From: an uncultured Verrucomicrobiae bacterium
GTDB taxonomy: Bacteria; Verrucomicrobiota; Verrucomicrobiia; Chthoniobacterales; Chthoniobacteraceae
Length of the DNA stretch: 64,000 nt
Reading direction: 5' to 3'
Assembly (NCBI GenBank): GCA_963769025.1
Contig: CAVYKI010000009.1
Coordinates: 1,184,001 to 1,248,000 of the forward strand
Part shown: one piece after another, positions 46,974 through 57,755 of the stretch
Layout: each line of letters starts with the position of its first letter
Position numbering within the stretch: the stretch's first letter is position 1
The notes under the pieces: generated by a model
Told to the model about the DNA's origin: nothing
Databases searched by the model: none
Seen by the model: the letters and a program-made list of their open reading frames with translations, nothing else
Translations under genes and position numbers: made by a program

Positions 46974-47675
46974 CTATGCCACGAGCGCTTTTGCGAGCGT
47001 CGCCACCAACGAATCGAACACCACCCGGCCGTCCTCGCTGAGCAGTGCGCTGTCGCACGCGCGCTCGGGATGCGGCATCAGGCCGAACACATTCCGCTTC
47101 GCATTGCAGATGCCCGCGATGTTTTCCGCGGAGCCATTCGGGTTCGCTGCGGGCGTGATGCGCCCCGCCCCGTCGCAGTAGCGCAGGAGCACGCGTGACT
47201 CGTCGTTCAGCGTCCGGAGCGTCCCGGCGTCCGCCGTGTAGCTGCCTTCGCCGTGGGCGATCGGGATGTTCAACACGCGACCGTTTTCGGATGCGCAGAG
47301 GAAAGGGTTCGCCGTGTTCTCGACGCGGAGCAGCACGTGCTCGCAGCGGAAGTGCAGGTCTCGATTGCGGATGAGCGCGCCGGGGAGCAGACCGCTTTCG
47401 CAGAGGATTTGGAAGCCGTTGCAGATGCCCAGCACCAGCACGCCCCGGCCGGCCTGCTCGACGACGGATTTCATCACCGGGGAATACCGCGCAATGGAAC
47501 CGCAGCGGAGGTAGTCGCCGTAGCTGAACCCGCCCGGGAGGACGATGAGATCGTAGCCCGCGGCGCTGGTTTCCTTGTGCCAGAGGAAGTCGGTGTCGAA
47601 GCCGAATTCGCGCAGGACGAAGTGGCAGTCCTGATCGCAGTTTGAGCCCGGGAAGCGGATGACGGCGGCGCGCAT
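46974..47675 (-). CDS. purQ: Phosphoribosylformylglycinamidine synthase glutaminase subunit
   Basis: [35 protein letters not shown]. Confidence 0.96.
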   Translation of the reverse strand: MRAAVIRFPGSNCDQDCHFVLREFGFDTDFLWHKETSAAGYDLIVLPGGFSYGDYLRCGSIARYSPVMKSVVEQAGRGVLVLGICNGFQILCESGLLPGALIRNRDLHFRCEHVLLRVENTANPFLCASENGRVLNIPIAHGEGSYTADAGTLRTLNDESRVLLRYCDGAGRITPAANPNGSAENIAGICNAKRNVFGLMPHPERACDSALLSEDGRVVFDSLVATLAKALVA

Positions 47676-47678
47676 GTC

Positions 47679-47909
47679 CTACTTCTCCAACACGAGTTGG
47701 TAATCTTCAATGACCGGATTGCTCAGGAGGTCGCGGCAGATTTCATGCATCTGCGCCTCATCGGCGCCCTCCACTTCGACTTCGAGCATTTTCCCGACGC
47801 GCACGCTTTTCACACCGGGCAGGCCGTGGTGGCGCATGGCTTCCCGCACGGCGACGCCCTGCGGGTCGAGGATGCTTTGTTTCGGCATCACGATGACTTT
47901 TGCTTTCAT
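47679..47909 (-). CDS. purS: Phosphoribosylformylglycinamidine synthase subunit PurS
   Basis: ILDPQG, VRVGK and LSNPVIEDY. Confidence 0.95.
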   Translation of the reverse strand: MKAKVIVMPKQSILDPQGVAVREAMRHHGLPGVKSVRVGKMLEVEVEGADEAQMHEICRDLLSNPVIEDYQLVLEK

Positions 47910-48031
47910 AGGAGGCGCGGCTTTTAGAGAGCCCGGCATCACGTGTCGAGCACTCCGCGATTCGTTCGGGAAAATTCCGCACACCGAGTCTCGGCTCGAC
48001 ACCCTTCCCCGCCCGCGGCTACCGTCCCTGC

Positions 48032-48835
48032 ATGTCTTTCCGTGCCTGCCTGTCCGCCTTTTTCGGGCTGGCTGCGTGTGCGCTCGCCGAGGTCCCCGCG
48101 CCCCAACCGCTCGCCGAAGAACAGATCCGCACGGCTGAATTTCTCGACCTTTCCATCCCGAATCCGGGCGAGTTGTTCGCGGCCTACGGCAAGGTGGCGG
48201 TGCCCGACTGGGCCGCGCTTTTCCGCAAGCCGCCGCAAACCTCCCACATCACCCGGCCCCACATCGCACTCAACCTGGGCACGCTCATCGCGGAGGGCTT
48301 TCTCGCGGCCGAGGCACAGGACAAGCAGCAGGTGAAAAACGTTTCCAGGGAGATCAAGCTGCTCGCGAAGGGCCTCGGCCGGGAACAGGAATTCATGGTG
48401 CGAAACAACAGCATCGCGGACTTTGCCGACAGCCGTCGCTGGGACGCGCTCGACGAGGAACTCGAGGCGGTGCAGAGCGAATTTGCGTCCGCAATGAACG
48501 CGCAGCACGACGAAGAGCTCGTGACACTCATGTCGCTCGGCTGCTGGCTTCGCGCGCTGGAAGTCGTGAGTTCGCACCTTGCCGCCAAGTACACGCCCGA
48601 GGGTGCGGCGATTCTCCGCCAGCCGGGAGTCGGGGAATTTTTCGTCGCCCGGATGGACGCGCTGCCGGAGAAGATGAAAGCCATCCCGGTCGTCGCCGAA
48701 ATCCGCCGTCGCATGCCCGAGCTCGCCACGGCATTGTCGCTGCCCGTGGAAACGCCGCCCACCAGCGAAGCCGTGACTGGCCTCCAGAGCCTCACCACGG
48801 GGATCCTCAATCTCGTCACCGCGCCCGAAAAATGA
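48032..48835 (+). CDS. Hypothetical secreted helical protein
   Basis: Signal peptide; IPNPGELFAA and ALNLGTLIAEGFLAAEAQD; ATGA overlap with the next gene. Confidence 0.8.
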   Translation: MSFRACLSAFFGLAACALAEVPAPQPLAEEQIRTAEFLDLSIPNPGELFAAYGKVAVPDWAALFRKPPQTSHITRPHIALNLGTLIAEGFLAAEAQDKQQVKNVSREIKLLAKGLGREQEFMVRNNSIADFADSRRWDALDEELEAVQSEFASAMNAQHDEELVTLMSLGCWLRALEVVSSHLAAKYTPEGAAILRQPGVGEFFVARMDALPEKMKAIPVVAEIRRRMPELATALSLPVETPPTSEAVTGLQSLTTGILNLVTAPEK

Positions 48836-49266
48836 ACCCGGCCATTTTTCCCGCATCCGTGCTCGCGCTCGCGACGGCCCTCAATGCCGCACCGGTGAGC
48901 AGCGACGCCGTGGTCACCAGCCGTCGCGCCGCGCTTGAGCTCGCAGGCGCGTGGACAAACGACGGCTTCCGGCTCCGCGAGCGCTCGTGGACTGGCACGC
49001 TCCCCGGCGACAAGCCGGCCCTCGCTCGCGTGAACCTGCTCGCGGGAAACCGCTACTGGTTCACTGTCGCCACCAATGCGGCCTCGACGACGCTTTCGTT
49101 GAACATTTACGACGAACGCGGAATGCCCGTGACCTCGGAAAACTATCAGGACGGCCCGGTGGCCGCCGCGGGTTTCGCCCCGCCGGCGAGCGGGTCTTAC
49201 CTCATCGCCATCAGCGAATCCACCGGCACGCCAGTGCCTTTCTGCCTCATCTATTCCTACAAATAG
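48832..49266 (+). CDS. Hypothetical secreted protein (PPC-like beta-sandwich)
   Basis: Signal peptide; LLAGNRYWF, LNIYDERG, PPASGSY. Confidence 0.75.
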   Translation: MNPAIFPASVLALATALNAAPVSSDAVVTSRRAALELAGAWTNDGFRLRERSWTGTLPGDKPALARVNLLAGNRYWFTVATNAASTTLSLNIYDERGMPVTSENYQDGPVAAAGFAPPASGSYLIAISESTGTPVPFCLIYSYK

Positions 49267-49268
49267 CA

Positions 49269-49745
49269 ATGCCTACCAAGACCCCGACCACCAAATCCGC
49301 CGGAACCCGGGCCGCCCGCGAGCGCGTCGTCCAGTTCAGCATCTTCCTCCGCAACAAAGTCGGCGCCTTTCTGGATGTGGTGAGGCTGCTGCGCGAACAC
49401 AGCGTCCAAGTCCTCGGCACCACCATCGAACCGAGCGCGGACACCGCAATCGTCCGCATCGTCGTCAGCGATCCGGAGGCGGTGGAGGAAATCTTTCATT
49501 TGCACTCAATCCCCTATTCCACCTGGCCGCTGGTGGTGGTGGAGCTCAAGGAAGCCGCGCACTTCAGTGAAGTCCTCACGGCATTGCTCGCCGCGGAGGT
49601 GAACATCTACGGGGCCTATGCGCTGCTCACCCGGCCGCGCGGGCACGCGACGCTGGCGCTGCACGTGGAAGATAACGACTGCGCGACCTCCGTGCTCAGC
49701 GGCAGCGGGTTCATCATCCTGAATCAGGACGATCTCTCCCGCTGA
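49269..49745 (+). CDS. Tandem ACT domain protein
   Basis: QFSIFLRNKVG, AIVRIVVSDP, AEVNIYGAY. Confidence 0.85.
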   Translation: MPTKTPTTKSAGTRAARERVVQFSIFLRNKVGAFLDVVRLLREHSVQVLGTTIEPSADTAIVRIVVSDPEAVEEIFHLHSIPYSTWPLVVVELKEAAHFSEVLTALLAAEVNIYGAYALLTRPRGHATLALHVEDNDCATSVLSGSGFIILNQDDLSR

Positions 49746-49751
49746 GGTCCG

Positions 49752-50366
49752 CTACTGCGCGGCCCGCTCCGTCACGACAGCGGCAGCAATCCGCGCCCCG
49801 GGGAGCTCCGTCGCAGGACCGACATCCGGCAGCGGAAGGAATTCGTTGACGATCCTCACCTTCGCGCCGACGCCCACCGTGTTGTAAAGTTTGACCACGT
49901 CGGAAGAGCGCATCCGGATGCAGCCGTAGCTCGCCGGTGTGCCGATCTTCGACTCCTCGGCAGTGCCGTGAATGTAAATGTAGCGGCTGTATGAATTGCG
50001 GTTCGAAGGCTCCTTACCGCTCAGCCACAGGATGCGCGATACGATCGGGTCACGGCCCGGGGCGTTGGGCTTCACAATCTCGCCGGTGGGCCGGCAGCTT
50101 TTGAATTTCATCCCCTGCGGCTGGCCGCCGCCAATCTTCCGCGCCACCTCATGCTCGCCGAGCGGCGTCCCGTAGCTTCCGCTCCGGCTGCTCAGGCAGA
50201 ATTTCGACGTGGAGACATCATACACACGCACCAGCGTTCCCTTGCGATAGAGCGCGAGTTTCTGCTCCGGGACGCTCACGACCATCGTATGCACCGTGTC
50301 CCTCGCGCAGGAGGCGAGAAACAAACTGAACCCAAGTGAGAGAAGCCGGAATAATGGTGTCCGCAT
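49752..50366 (-). CDS. L,D-transpeptidase (YkuD) lipoprotein
   Basis: Lipobox LASC, TPLG and catalytic motif IYIHGT...ASYGCIRM. Confidence 0.92.
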   Translation of the reverse strand: MRTPLFRLLSLGFSLFLASCARDTVHTMVVSVPEQKLALYRKGTLVRVYDVSTSKFCLSSRSGSYGTPLGEHEVARKIGGGQPQGMKFKSCRPTGEIVKPNAPGRDPIVSRILWLSGKEPSNRNSYSRYIYIHGTAEESKIGTPASYGCIRMRSSDVVKLYNTVGVGAKVRIVNEFLPLPDVGPATELPGARIAAAVVTERAAQ

Positions 50367-50374
50367 AATCGCTC

Positions 50375-50403
50375 ACAATACACCCACGAGTAGCGCCTCG
50401 CAA
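50375..50403 (-). promoter_or_regulatory. Putative sigma70 promoter of the L,D-transpeptidase gene
   Basis: TTGCGA-N17-TATTGT, ending 8 nt before the ATG. Confidence 0.5.
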
Positions 50404-50470
50404 ATGGGAGTTTCTTGCCGGACGGATTTACCTTGAGACACGCACTTCCGTCCCCATCCTTTCGACCACA

Positions 50471-51899
50471 ATGATTCAGCGCCTTTTCACAATCTCCGCA
50501 GCACTGCTCTTTTCCCTCGCAGCAGCCTGCGCCGCGTTGAAGCCGGGCGAGACCGCTCCAAACCCAAAACCTGACGCCCCCGCTGCCGCACCCTCCACCG
50601 GCCCCGTGTACGTTTTTCCGTTCAAGGATGAGGTCAGCCCCGCCAATCTCGCCTTCCTCCGCCGTTCGCTGAAGGAAGCCGAGCGCGCGGGTGCCAGCGC
50701 CTTCATCATCGACATGGACACGCCCGGCGGGCGGCTCGACGTGACGCTCGATATTTTCGAACTCATGCGCCGGACGAAGCTGCCAACGATCACATTCGTG
50801 AATCCGAACGCACTGTCCGCAGGGGCGCTGATTTCGCTCTCCACGCCGAAGATCTATATGCGCCCCGACGCAACCATCGGTGCGGCGGCCGTCGTGGGTG
50901 GCGAAGGCGCGGACATCCAGAATACGATGAAGTCGAAAATCGACTCATTCATGACGGCGAAGATGCGCGGTGTGGCCGTGGCGAACGGCCATAACCCGGA
51001 CATCGCGGAGGCATTCATGATCCTCGGCAAGGAGATCAAGATCGGAGACGAACTTGTGAACTCGAAGGACAGGCTCCTCAGCCTGAATGGCCGCGAGGCT
51101 GCGAAGCTGTACGACGGCAAACCGCTCCTCGCCGCGGGCCTCGCCGAGAACGTGGAGGAGGTGCTCAAACTCGAAGGGCTCACCGGCCCGGTGGTGCGAA
51201 TCACCGCGACGGGCTTTGAAAAGGTTGCCTTTTGGATCACGATGCTCGCCCCCATTTTGCTCATGGGCGGCATCATCGGCGCATACGTCGAAATCAAGTC
51301 TCCCGGCTTCGGCATCCCCGGAATCGCGTCGCTCATCTGCTTCGCGCTTTTCTTCGGCGGTCATCTCATCGCCGGCCTTGCCGGATGGGAGGCGGTCGTC
51401 ATTTTCGCCATCGGCGTGGTGCTGATCCTTCTCGAGTTTTTCGTGATGCCGGGCACTTTCCTGCCAGGAATCGCCGGCACTTTTCTCATCCTGGGCTCCG
51501 TGGTGTGGGCGATGGTGGATCGCTGGCCGAGCCAGACGGGTCTTCCTTCCAGCGAGTCGCTCCAGCAGCCGTTGTTCAATCTGCTCGTTGGCGCGGGCGG
51601 TGCCGCCGTCGCCGCCGCAGTCATCATGAAGTTCCTTCCGAAGACCGCATTTTACCGGCGCCTCGTGCTCGGCGACTTCCTCCGCGAGCGGCCCGGCCAT
51701 CACCGTGCCCACCGTCAACCTGACTGTGCGCGTGGGCGAGATCGGCGTCGCCACCACCACGCTGCGCCCCTCGGGAAAGGCGACCTTCCGCGGCGAGCCC
51801 CACGATGTCGTCACCGGGGGCGATTACATCAACGCAGGCACAAGCGTGAAGGTCATCAGCGTCGATGGCATGCGGGTGATCGTCGAGCCCGAGGGCTAG
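50471..51899 (+). CDS. nfeD: NfeD-family membrane-bound ClpP-class protease (frameshift near 51680)
   Basis: IDMDTPGG, ALSAGALI, IGAA, EIKSPGFG, and C-terminal TLRPSGKA OB-fold. Confidence 0.88.
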
Positions 51900-51995
51900 T
51901 TCCTCGGACACGAATCGAATCCCGCAGGGCGGATCCTGAAAAGCATCCGTGCATTGCCAACCGCACGCCCCGCGCCTAACGCTCCCCTCTTTCCA

Positions 51996-53126
51996 ATGAC
52001 CATGACCTCCGCCAGCCAAGTCAACCCCGCCGAACGCATCCTCATGGGCCCCGGCCCCAGCAGCGTCCCGCATCGCGTGCTCCGCGCGATGGGCGCGCCG
52101 ACGCTCGGCCATCTCGACCCGCAGTATCTCGCGATCATGGACGAGACGTGCGAAATGCTCCGGCAGGTCTTTCGCACCGCGAACAAGCTCACCTTCCCCG
52201 TCAGCGGCACCGGCATGGCCGGCATGGAATGCATCGCGACGAATCTCCTCGAACGCGGCGACGAAGCCATCGTGTGCGTGAACGGCGTCTTCGGCAGTCG
52301 CATGAAGGACGTGATGGAACGCTGCGGCGCAACCGTCCACGCGATCGAAGCGCCGTGGGGCGACATCATTTCCAAGGAGCAAGTCGCCGCCGCACTCGAC
52401 GCGCACCCGAAGGCGAAGCTGCTCGGCATCGTCCACGCCGAGACGAGCACCGGCGCGCTCCAGCCGCTCGAAGGACTCTCCGCGCTCTGCCGTGAAAAAG
52501 GCGCGCTGTTCGTCGTGGATGCCGTCACTTCCCTCGGCGGCCACGAACTGCGCGTGGACGACTGGGGCATCGACGCGATCTACAGCGGCACGCAGAAATG
52601 CCTCTCGTGCCCGCCCGGCCTCTCGCCCGTGAGCTTCGGCGACCGCGCCCTCGCGGTGATGGATGCACGAAAGACAAAAGTGCAGTCCTGGTATCTCGAT
52701 GTCTCGTTGCTGCGGAAGTATTACATGAACCCCGGCGCCGGCGGCGGCCGCGTGTATCACCACACCGCGCCGATCAACATGACCTACGCGCTGCGCGAGT
52801 CCCTCGCCATCCTCCTCGAGGAAGGACTCGACGCGCGCATCGAACGCCACCGCATCATGCACCTGCGCCTGCGTGCCGGATTGGAAAAACTCGGCCTGAG
52901 CTACGTGCCGAAGCATTCGCTGCACACGCTGAACTGCATCCACGCCCCCGAAGGCCGCGACGAGGCCGCGCTGCGCAAGCGCCTGCTCGAGGAATACGGA
53001 ATCGAAATCGGCGCCGGCCTCGGCCCGATGGCGGGCAAGGCCATCCGCATCGGCCTCATGGGCCACTCCGCCTCGCAGCGGAATGTGGATCTCGTCCTCG
53101 CCGCGCTCGCGGAAATCCTCCGCTGA
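51996..53126 (+). CDS. Alanine/serine-glyoxylate aminotransferase (class V PLP)
   Basis: LMGPGPS, VHAETSTG, VDAVTSLGG, SGTQKCL (PLP lysine), YHHTAP. Confidence 0.92.
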   Translation: MTMTSASQVNPAERILMGPGPSSVPHRVLRAMGAPTLGHLDPQYLAIMDETCEMLRQVFRTANKLTFPVSGTGMAGMECIATNLLERGDEAIVCVNGVFGSRMKDVMERCGATVHAIEAPWGDIISKEQVAAALDAHPKAKLLGIVHAETSTGALQPLEGLSALCREKGALFVVDAVTSLGGHELRVDDWGIDAIYSGTQKCLSCPPGLSPVSFGDRALAVMDARKTKVQSWYLDVSLLRKYYMNPGAGGGRVYHHTAPINMTYALRESLAILLEEGLDARIERHRIMHLRLRAGLEKLGLSYVPKHSLHTLNCIHAPEGRDEAALRKRLLEEYGIEIGAGLGPMAGKAIRIGLMGHSASQRNVDLVLAALAEILR

Positions 53127-53135
53127 GGAAACGCC

Positions 53136-54574
53136 ATGAACCCGCTCGAACGCTTCCGCACCGTGTTTCCCGCGGAGCGGATGCTCACCGGGCCCGCGCA
53201 ACTCGGCGCGTATGAGTCCGACGGGCTCACCGCCTTTCACGCGCGCCCGCTCGGCATCGTCGTGCCGGAGACGCAGGAGGAAGTGATCGCCGCGGTCCGC
53301 CTCTGCCGCGAACTCGCGCTGCCCTTCGTCGCACGCGGCAGCGGCACGAGCCTCTCGGGCGGATCGCTGCCGGTGGAAAATGGAATCGTCATCGCGCTGA
53401 ACCGGCTCAACCGCATCCTTCGCCTCGATCCGCGCGAACGCATCGCCGTCGTCGAGCCGGGCGTCATCAACACGCAGGTGACCGCCGCCGCGGAAGAGCA
53501 CGGGCTCCACTACGCGCCCGACCCGTCGTCGCAGACCATCTGCACCATCGGCGGAAATGTCGCCTTCAACTCCGGCGGCGCGCACTGCCTGAAGTACGGC
53601 ATGACGTCGAACCACGTCCTCGGCATCAAGGCCGTGCTCGCGACCGGCGAAGTCGTGGAATTTGGCGGAGCGAGCCGCGAGCAGGTCGGCGCGGACTTCA
53701 CCGGACTGTTCACCGGCAACGAAGGCCTCTTCGGCATCGCGCTTGAAATCACCTGCAACTGCTGCCGCGCGCCGAGTGCTTTCACACCGTCCTCGCCGGC
53801 TACCGCACGCTCGAGGAAGCCGGCAACGCCGTGAGCGCCGTGGTCGCCAGCGGGCTGCTGCCGGGCGCAATCGAGATCATGGATACGCTCGCGATCCAAG
53901 CCGCCGAGGCCGCTGTCCATGCCAACTACCCGCGCGATTGCGAAGCGATGCTCATCGTCGAACTTGAAGGCCCGCGCGAGAAAGTCGCGGTCGAGCGCGC
54001 TCATCTCGATGCACTCCTCGCCGCATCGCAGCCGGTCGAGACACGCGTCGCACGCAATGGCTCAGAGCGCGGCGCGATCTGGAAAGGCCGCAAGTGCGCG
54101 TTCAGCGCCGTCGGACGCCTGTCGCCGGACTTCATCGTGCAGGACGGCGTCGTCCCACGCCAGCGGCTCGGCGAAGCGCTCCGGCGCATCGGCGAAATGA
54201 GCACCGCCGCCGGCCTGCGCGTCGCGAATGTCTTCCATGCCGGCGATGGCAATCTGCACCCGCTCATCCTCTACAATGGCCGCGAAGCCGGGGCGCTCGC
54301 CCGCGCGGAGGAACTCGCCGGCCGCATCCTGCGCATGTGCGTGGAAATGGGCGGCAGCCTCACCGGCGAGCACGGCATCGGCATGGAAAAGCGCGATTAC
54401 CTTGGCGACATGTTCAGCGCCGCGGAGATCGATCTTATGCAGCGCCTGCGCGCCGCATTCGACCCGCTCGGAATTTCCAATCCCGGAAAAATGTTCCCCG
54501 GCGGCAATGCGCCCGCGCTCGTGCAACACGGCCTCCACCCGCTCGAAGCCTCCGGCCTGCTCAGCCGGGAGTGA
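53136..54574 (+). CDS. glcD: FAD-linked oxidase, glycolate oxidase subunit GlcD-like (frameshift near 53755)
   Basis: [49 protein letters not shown]. Confidence 0.88.
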
Positions 54575-54579
54575 GGGGA

Positions 54580-54707
54580 TGTTGAGGGTTAAGAGTTGAA
54601 GGTTGAGAGGAAGAAAAGCGATCCGTCGCAGGCCGCGCGTTCTCCGACAACAATCAGCGGCTTGAAACGGCGCCCCCTCTCAGCTCTCAACCCTCAACTT
54701 TCAACTC
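54580..54707. repeat. Intergenic palindromic heptamer element / possible bidirectional terminator
   Basis: GTTGAGG-GTTAAGA-GTTGAAG-GTTGAGAGG vs CCTCTCAGC-TCTCAAC-CCTCAAC-TTTCAAC, between convergent genes. Confidence 0.75.
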
Positions 54708-54711
54708 CCCC

Positions 54712-55272
54712 TCACCGCACCGGCACGACCGTCCGACTCGTGCGCAGGCGCTCAAAGCTCGGAAAGTACGCTTCGATGACCACGGGCCGCCCCACCGCCA
54801 TGTCGCGGGTCGAGACTCGCGCGTTGTATTCCAGGCGCTCCTTCGGGTTCACGATCACCACCGCGGGCTCCTTTTCAATCCGCTGATCGTCCGACCACCG
54901 CGAGACGACTTTGCCGCCCCCGTCCTTCACGACCACCTCCATGCGCAGCGAACTGGGAAACTCGAGCCGCACCGCCTCCTTGCCCTTGTTCACCACGGAG
55001 ATCGTCACGTCGATCACGCGCGTATCCGGGAGGCGCACCTGCGCGGGCTCCAGCTTCATCGTCACCGAGAGATTCTGCCATGCGACCGCGCCCGGCGACT
55101 CGTCCGCAGTGTTCCGGCGGCCGCGCGGCGTCACGATTTCGGCGGCTTTCTTTCCGACGTTCTTCGTCGCATTCCAAGTGCGCTGCCAAAAACCCGGCTT
55201 CGCCGGCGGCTCGTCCGCTGCGCGCAGCGGAATAAGACTGGCGATGCAAAAGGCGAGGCACAGTTTCTTCAT
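54712..55272 (-). CDS. Secreted protein with BsuPI-like (intracellular proteinase inhibitor) domain
   Basis: Signal peptide; VVNKGKEAVRLEFPSSLRMEVVVKD..GKVVSRWS. Confidence 0.7.
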   Translation of the reverse strand: MKKLCLAFCIASLIPLRAADEPPAKPGFWQRTWNATKNVGKKAAEIVTPRGRRNTADESPGAVAWQNLSVTMKLEPAQVRLPDTRVIDVTISVVNKGKEAVRLEFPSSLRMEVVVKDGGGKVVSRWSDDQRIEKEPAVVIVNPKERLEYNARVSTRDMAVGRPVVIEAYFPSFERLRTSRTVVPVR

Positions 55273-55338
55273 GGCGGCAATGTGACCGAGGTCCTTCGCG
55301 TGTTGCAAATCGCATTTCGGACCGCGAAGCTCCGCCCC

Positions 55339-55986
55339 ATGTCCCTACGGCGTCTTTGTTTTGCCCTCGCGTTGCTCGCGCTGCCCTTTTCAGCGCCCGC
55401 CATGTCGAAAAAGGCGGAGGTCTCGATCCGCTTTCACACCGAGGCCAACGCGAATGACAGCGAGGCGTTTTCCATCCCCGTGAATCTCCTTTATCAGCGG
55501 CGTCAGGTGTATCTGAGCCGCGTCCCGGATTTCAGCGAAAAGCAGATCGATCGCATCTTCCCCTTTCCTGCCAAGGACGGCTCGTGGGGCTGCGTGTTCA
55601 AGCTGAATCCCCAGGGCCGCATCCGGCTCGAGACCATGAGCGGGGAAATCCGGGGTTCCGCGCTGGTTGTATTCATCGCCACCAAAGCCGGACGCCGTCA
55701 GGTCACGGACATGATCATCGATCGCCCGGTCAGCGACGGCATCATCACCATTCCGCGCGGGCTCACCGCATTCGAAGTCGAGGCGCTGAAAAAGGAGTTC
55801 AAGACAGTCGGCGAAAAGGAAAAGAAGCCATGGGGTGAGAAGCCGAGGGAGAAGGTGGAGCAACTCCCGGGCGCCCCCGCGGACCGCCACCAAACCCGGC
55901 CCTCGCTCCTCGAACCGCTCTCCACGGCGACGCCGTCGCGGGGCCGCGCGAAAACGGAACCGGACCTCCCCCGCCTCGCTGAGTGA
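55339..55986 (+). CDS. Hypothetical secreted protein
   Basis: Signal peptide; IRFHTEAN and MIIDRPVSDGII. Confidence 0.75.
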   Translation: MSLRRLCFALALLALPFSAPAMSKKAEVSIRFHTEANANDSEAFSIPVNLLYQRRQVYLSRVPDFSEKQIDRIFPFPAKDGSWGCVFKLNPQGRIRLETMSGEIRGSALVVFIATKAGRRQVTDMIIDRPVSDGIITIPRGLTAFEVEALKKEFKTVGEKEKKPWGEKPREKVEQLPGAPADRHQTRPSLLEPLSTATPSRGRAKTEPDLPRLAE

Positions 55987-56053
55987 GTCTGGCAACACGG
56001 ACCACATCCCGCGCCGACCGCCGCCAATGCGGACGCCCGCCTGATTCGCGAGG

Positions 56054-56996
56054 ATGAAAATCACCTACGCCTCGCTGCTGGCTGCCGTCGTGCCGACGTT
56101 TGTGGTCCTCGCGTGCGGCTTTGCGTTGCGGCGGTTTCGCGGCCTCCGCTCGGAGGCCGACGCGAGCCTGCTTACCGTCGCGGTCAATTTCCTCTATCCG
56201 TGCTTCATCGCGGACACCATCCTGCGCAGCCCCGCATTGCGCGACGTGCGAACGGTGGCGAGCGCACCGGCGATCGGCTTTGTCCTGCTGCTGCTGTGTT
56301 TTGCGCTCGCGGCTCTCGCCGCGAAATTGCTCCCGCTGAAATGGCCGCAGCCCGCGCGGACCTTTGCGTTCAGCGCGGCGATTCCGAATTGGGGCTATCT
56401 CCCGGTGCCCCTCGTGCAGCAGCTCTTCGGCACGGACACGATGGGCGTCCTCTTCGTCCACAACATCGGCCTCGAACTCGCGCTGTGGTCCGCCGGCGTC
56501 TGGCTGCTCTCGGGGAGCGGTTCGTGGCGGCGGGTCCTCACGGTTCCGTTCTTCGCGATCCTCGGGGCGCTCGCGCTGAATCTCGTCCACGCCGGAGACT
56601 GGCTGCCCGGCGTGGTGCTCGAGTCGCTGCACCTGCTCGGCCAGGCGGCGATTCCCCTCTCGCTCCTGCTCACCGGCGCGGTGCTGGCGGACTCCGTCGT
56701 CTCGCTCCGCGACGACCGCCGCCCGTTGATCACGGTGGCCGGCTGTGTCGTCCGACTCGCGCTGCTCCCGCCGCTGTTCCTCGCCGCCGCGCACTGGCTC
56801 CCGGTGTCGCTGGACCTCAAGCGCGTGCTCGCCGTGCAGGCCGCGATGCCGTGCGCGATGGTCCCCATCCTCCTCTCGCGTCATTACCGCGGAGACATCG
56901 GGATCGCCGTCCAGATCGTCCTCGCGAGCACCGCGCTGGGATTGCTCACGATCCCGCTTCTGGCTGCGCATCGGCTTCGCGTGGCTCGGGCTTTAA
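56054..56996 (+). CDS. AEC (auxin efflux carrier) family transporter (indel near 56958 artificially fuses it to the next ORF)
   Basis: PNWGYLPVP, AIPLSLLLTG, QAAMP; C-terminus WLRIGFAWLGL-TAA in another frame. Confidence 0.85.
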
Positions 56997-57076
56997 AGGG
57001 GTACCGTCGGACTTTCCACCCACGCCGCGGGTTCGACAGCCGCCCGGCCTTCTGCCACAACTCCCCGGCAAAGCCC

Positions 57077-57568
57077 ATGCCCTCCTCACCAAACAACGCC
57101 GCCGTCTTTGCCCTCGATGCCGACTTCCTCTGGGACGACTTGGAGGACGCCATGGCCGGATGCGTGAACTGGCAGAGCGCGAAGCGCGGCAAGATCATCC
57201 CCCTCCTCTTCTTCGCGCCGATGACCGCCCCGGCAAACCCCGACGCGTGGGAACCCCTCCAGGGCCCGCCGCAGCACCTCCTCATCATCTCCATCGAGCA
57301 CAGCTCCGATGCCACCCTCCGCCGCGCCATCCGCCACGCGTCCGGTGTCCTCGGCGAACTCCATGAGCCGGCCAACTGTCCCCACGTGGACATCGCCTTC
57401 GACGGGCATCCCATCGCCGAAGCCTATGCGCAGATGGAGGCTGCCGACATCACCGCCTACCGCTACAGCAGTCTCGTGAAGGACGACGTCTCCTTCTTCT
57501 TCATCCGGGGGCCCGAAGCCGTGCAGGCCTTCGGCCAAGGTCTCCGCCGCGCGACTGCGGGGAAGTAA
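57077..57568 (+). CDS. Hypothetical protein
   Basis: MPSSPNNAAVFALDADFLWDD...; strong C-ending codon bias; no family recognised. Confidence 0.65.
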   Translation: MPSSPNNAAVFALDADFLWDDLEDAMAGCVNWQSAKRGKIIPLLFFAPMTAPANPDAWEPLQGPPQHLLIISIEHSSDATLRRAIRHASGVLGELHEPANCPHVDIAFDGHPIAEAYAQMEAADITAYRYSSLVKDDVSFFFIRGPEAVQAFGQGLRRATAGK

Positions 57569-57755
57569 CATCGCCGCACTGCCGGGCTACCGCTCCATCG
57601 GCACCGGGAACCGGACACGAAGGACGCGGCGTACGGACCACTCGATGACCTTCCGGTCCTTCCGGGAAGTGATTGCCCCTAGCCGCACCTTCGCAGGCGA
57701 GGCCGGATCGTCGGGAACGGGGGAGAAATTCGGATTATCAGCCTGCCCTCGCCCC

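Noticed and set aside
56054..57568. 504-aa AEC transporter fused to a soluble domain
   Set aside because: The normal AEC C-terminus with a TAA lies in another frame at 56996; the fusion results from an indel.
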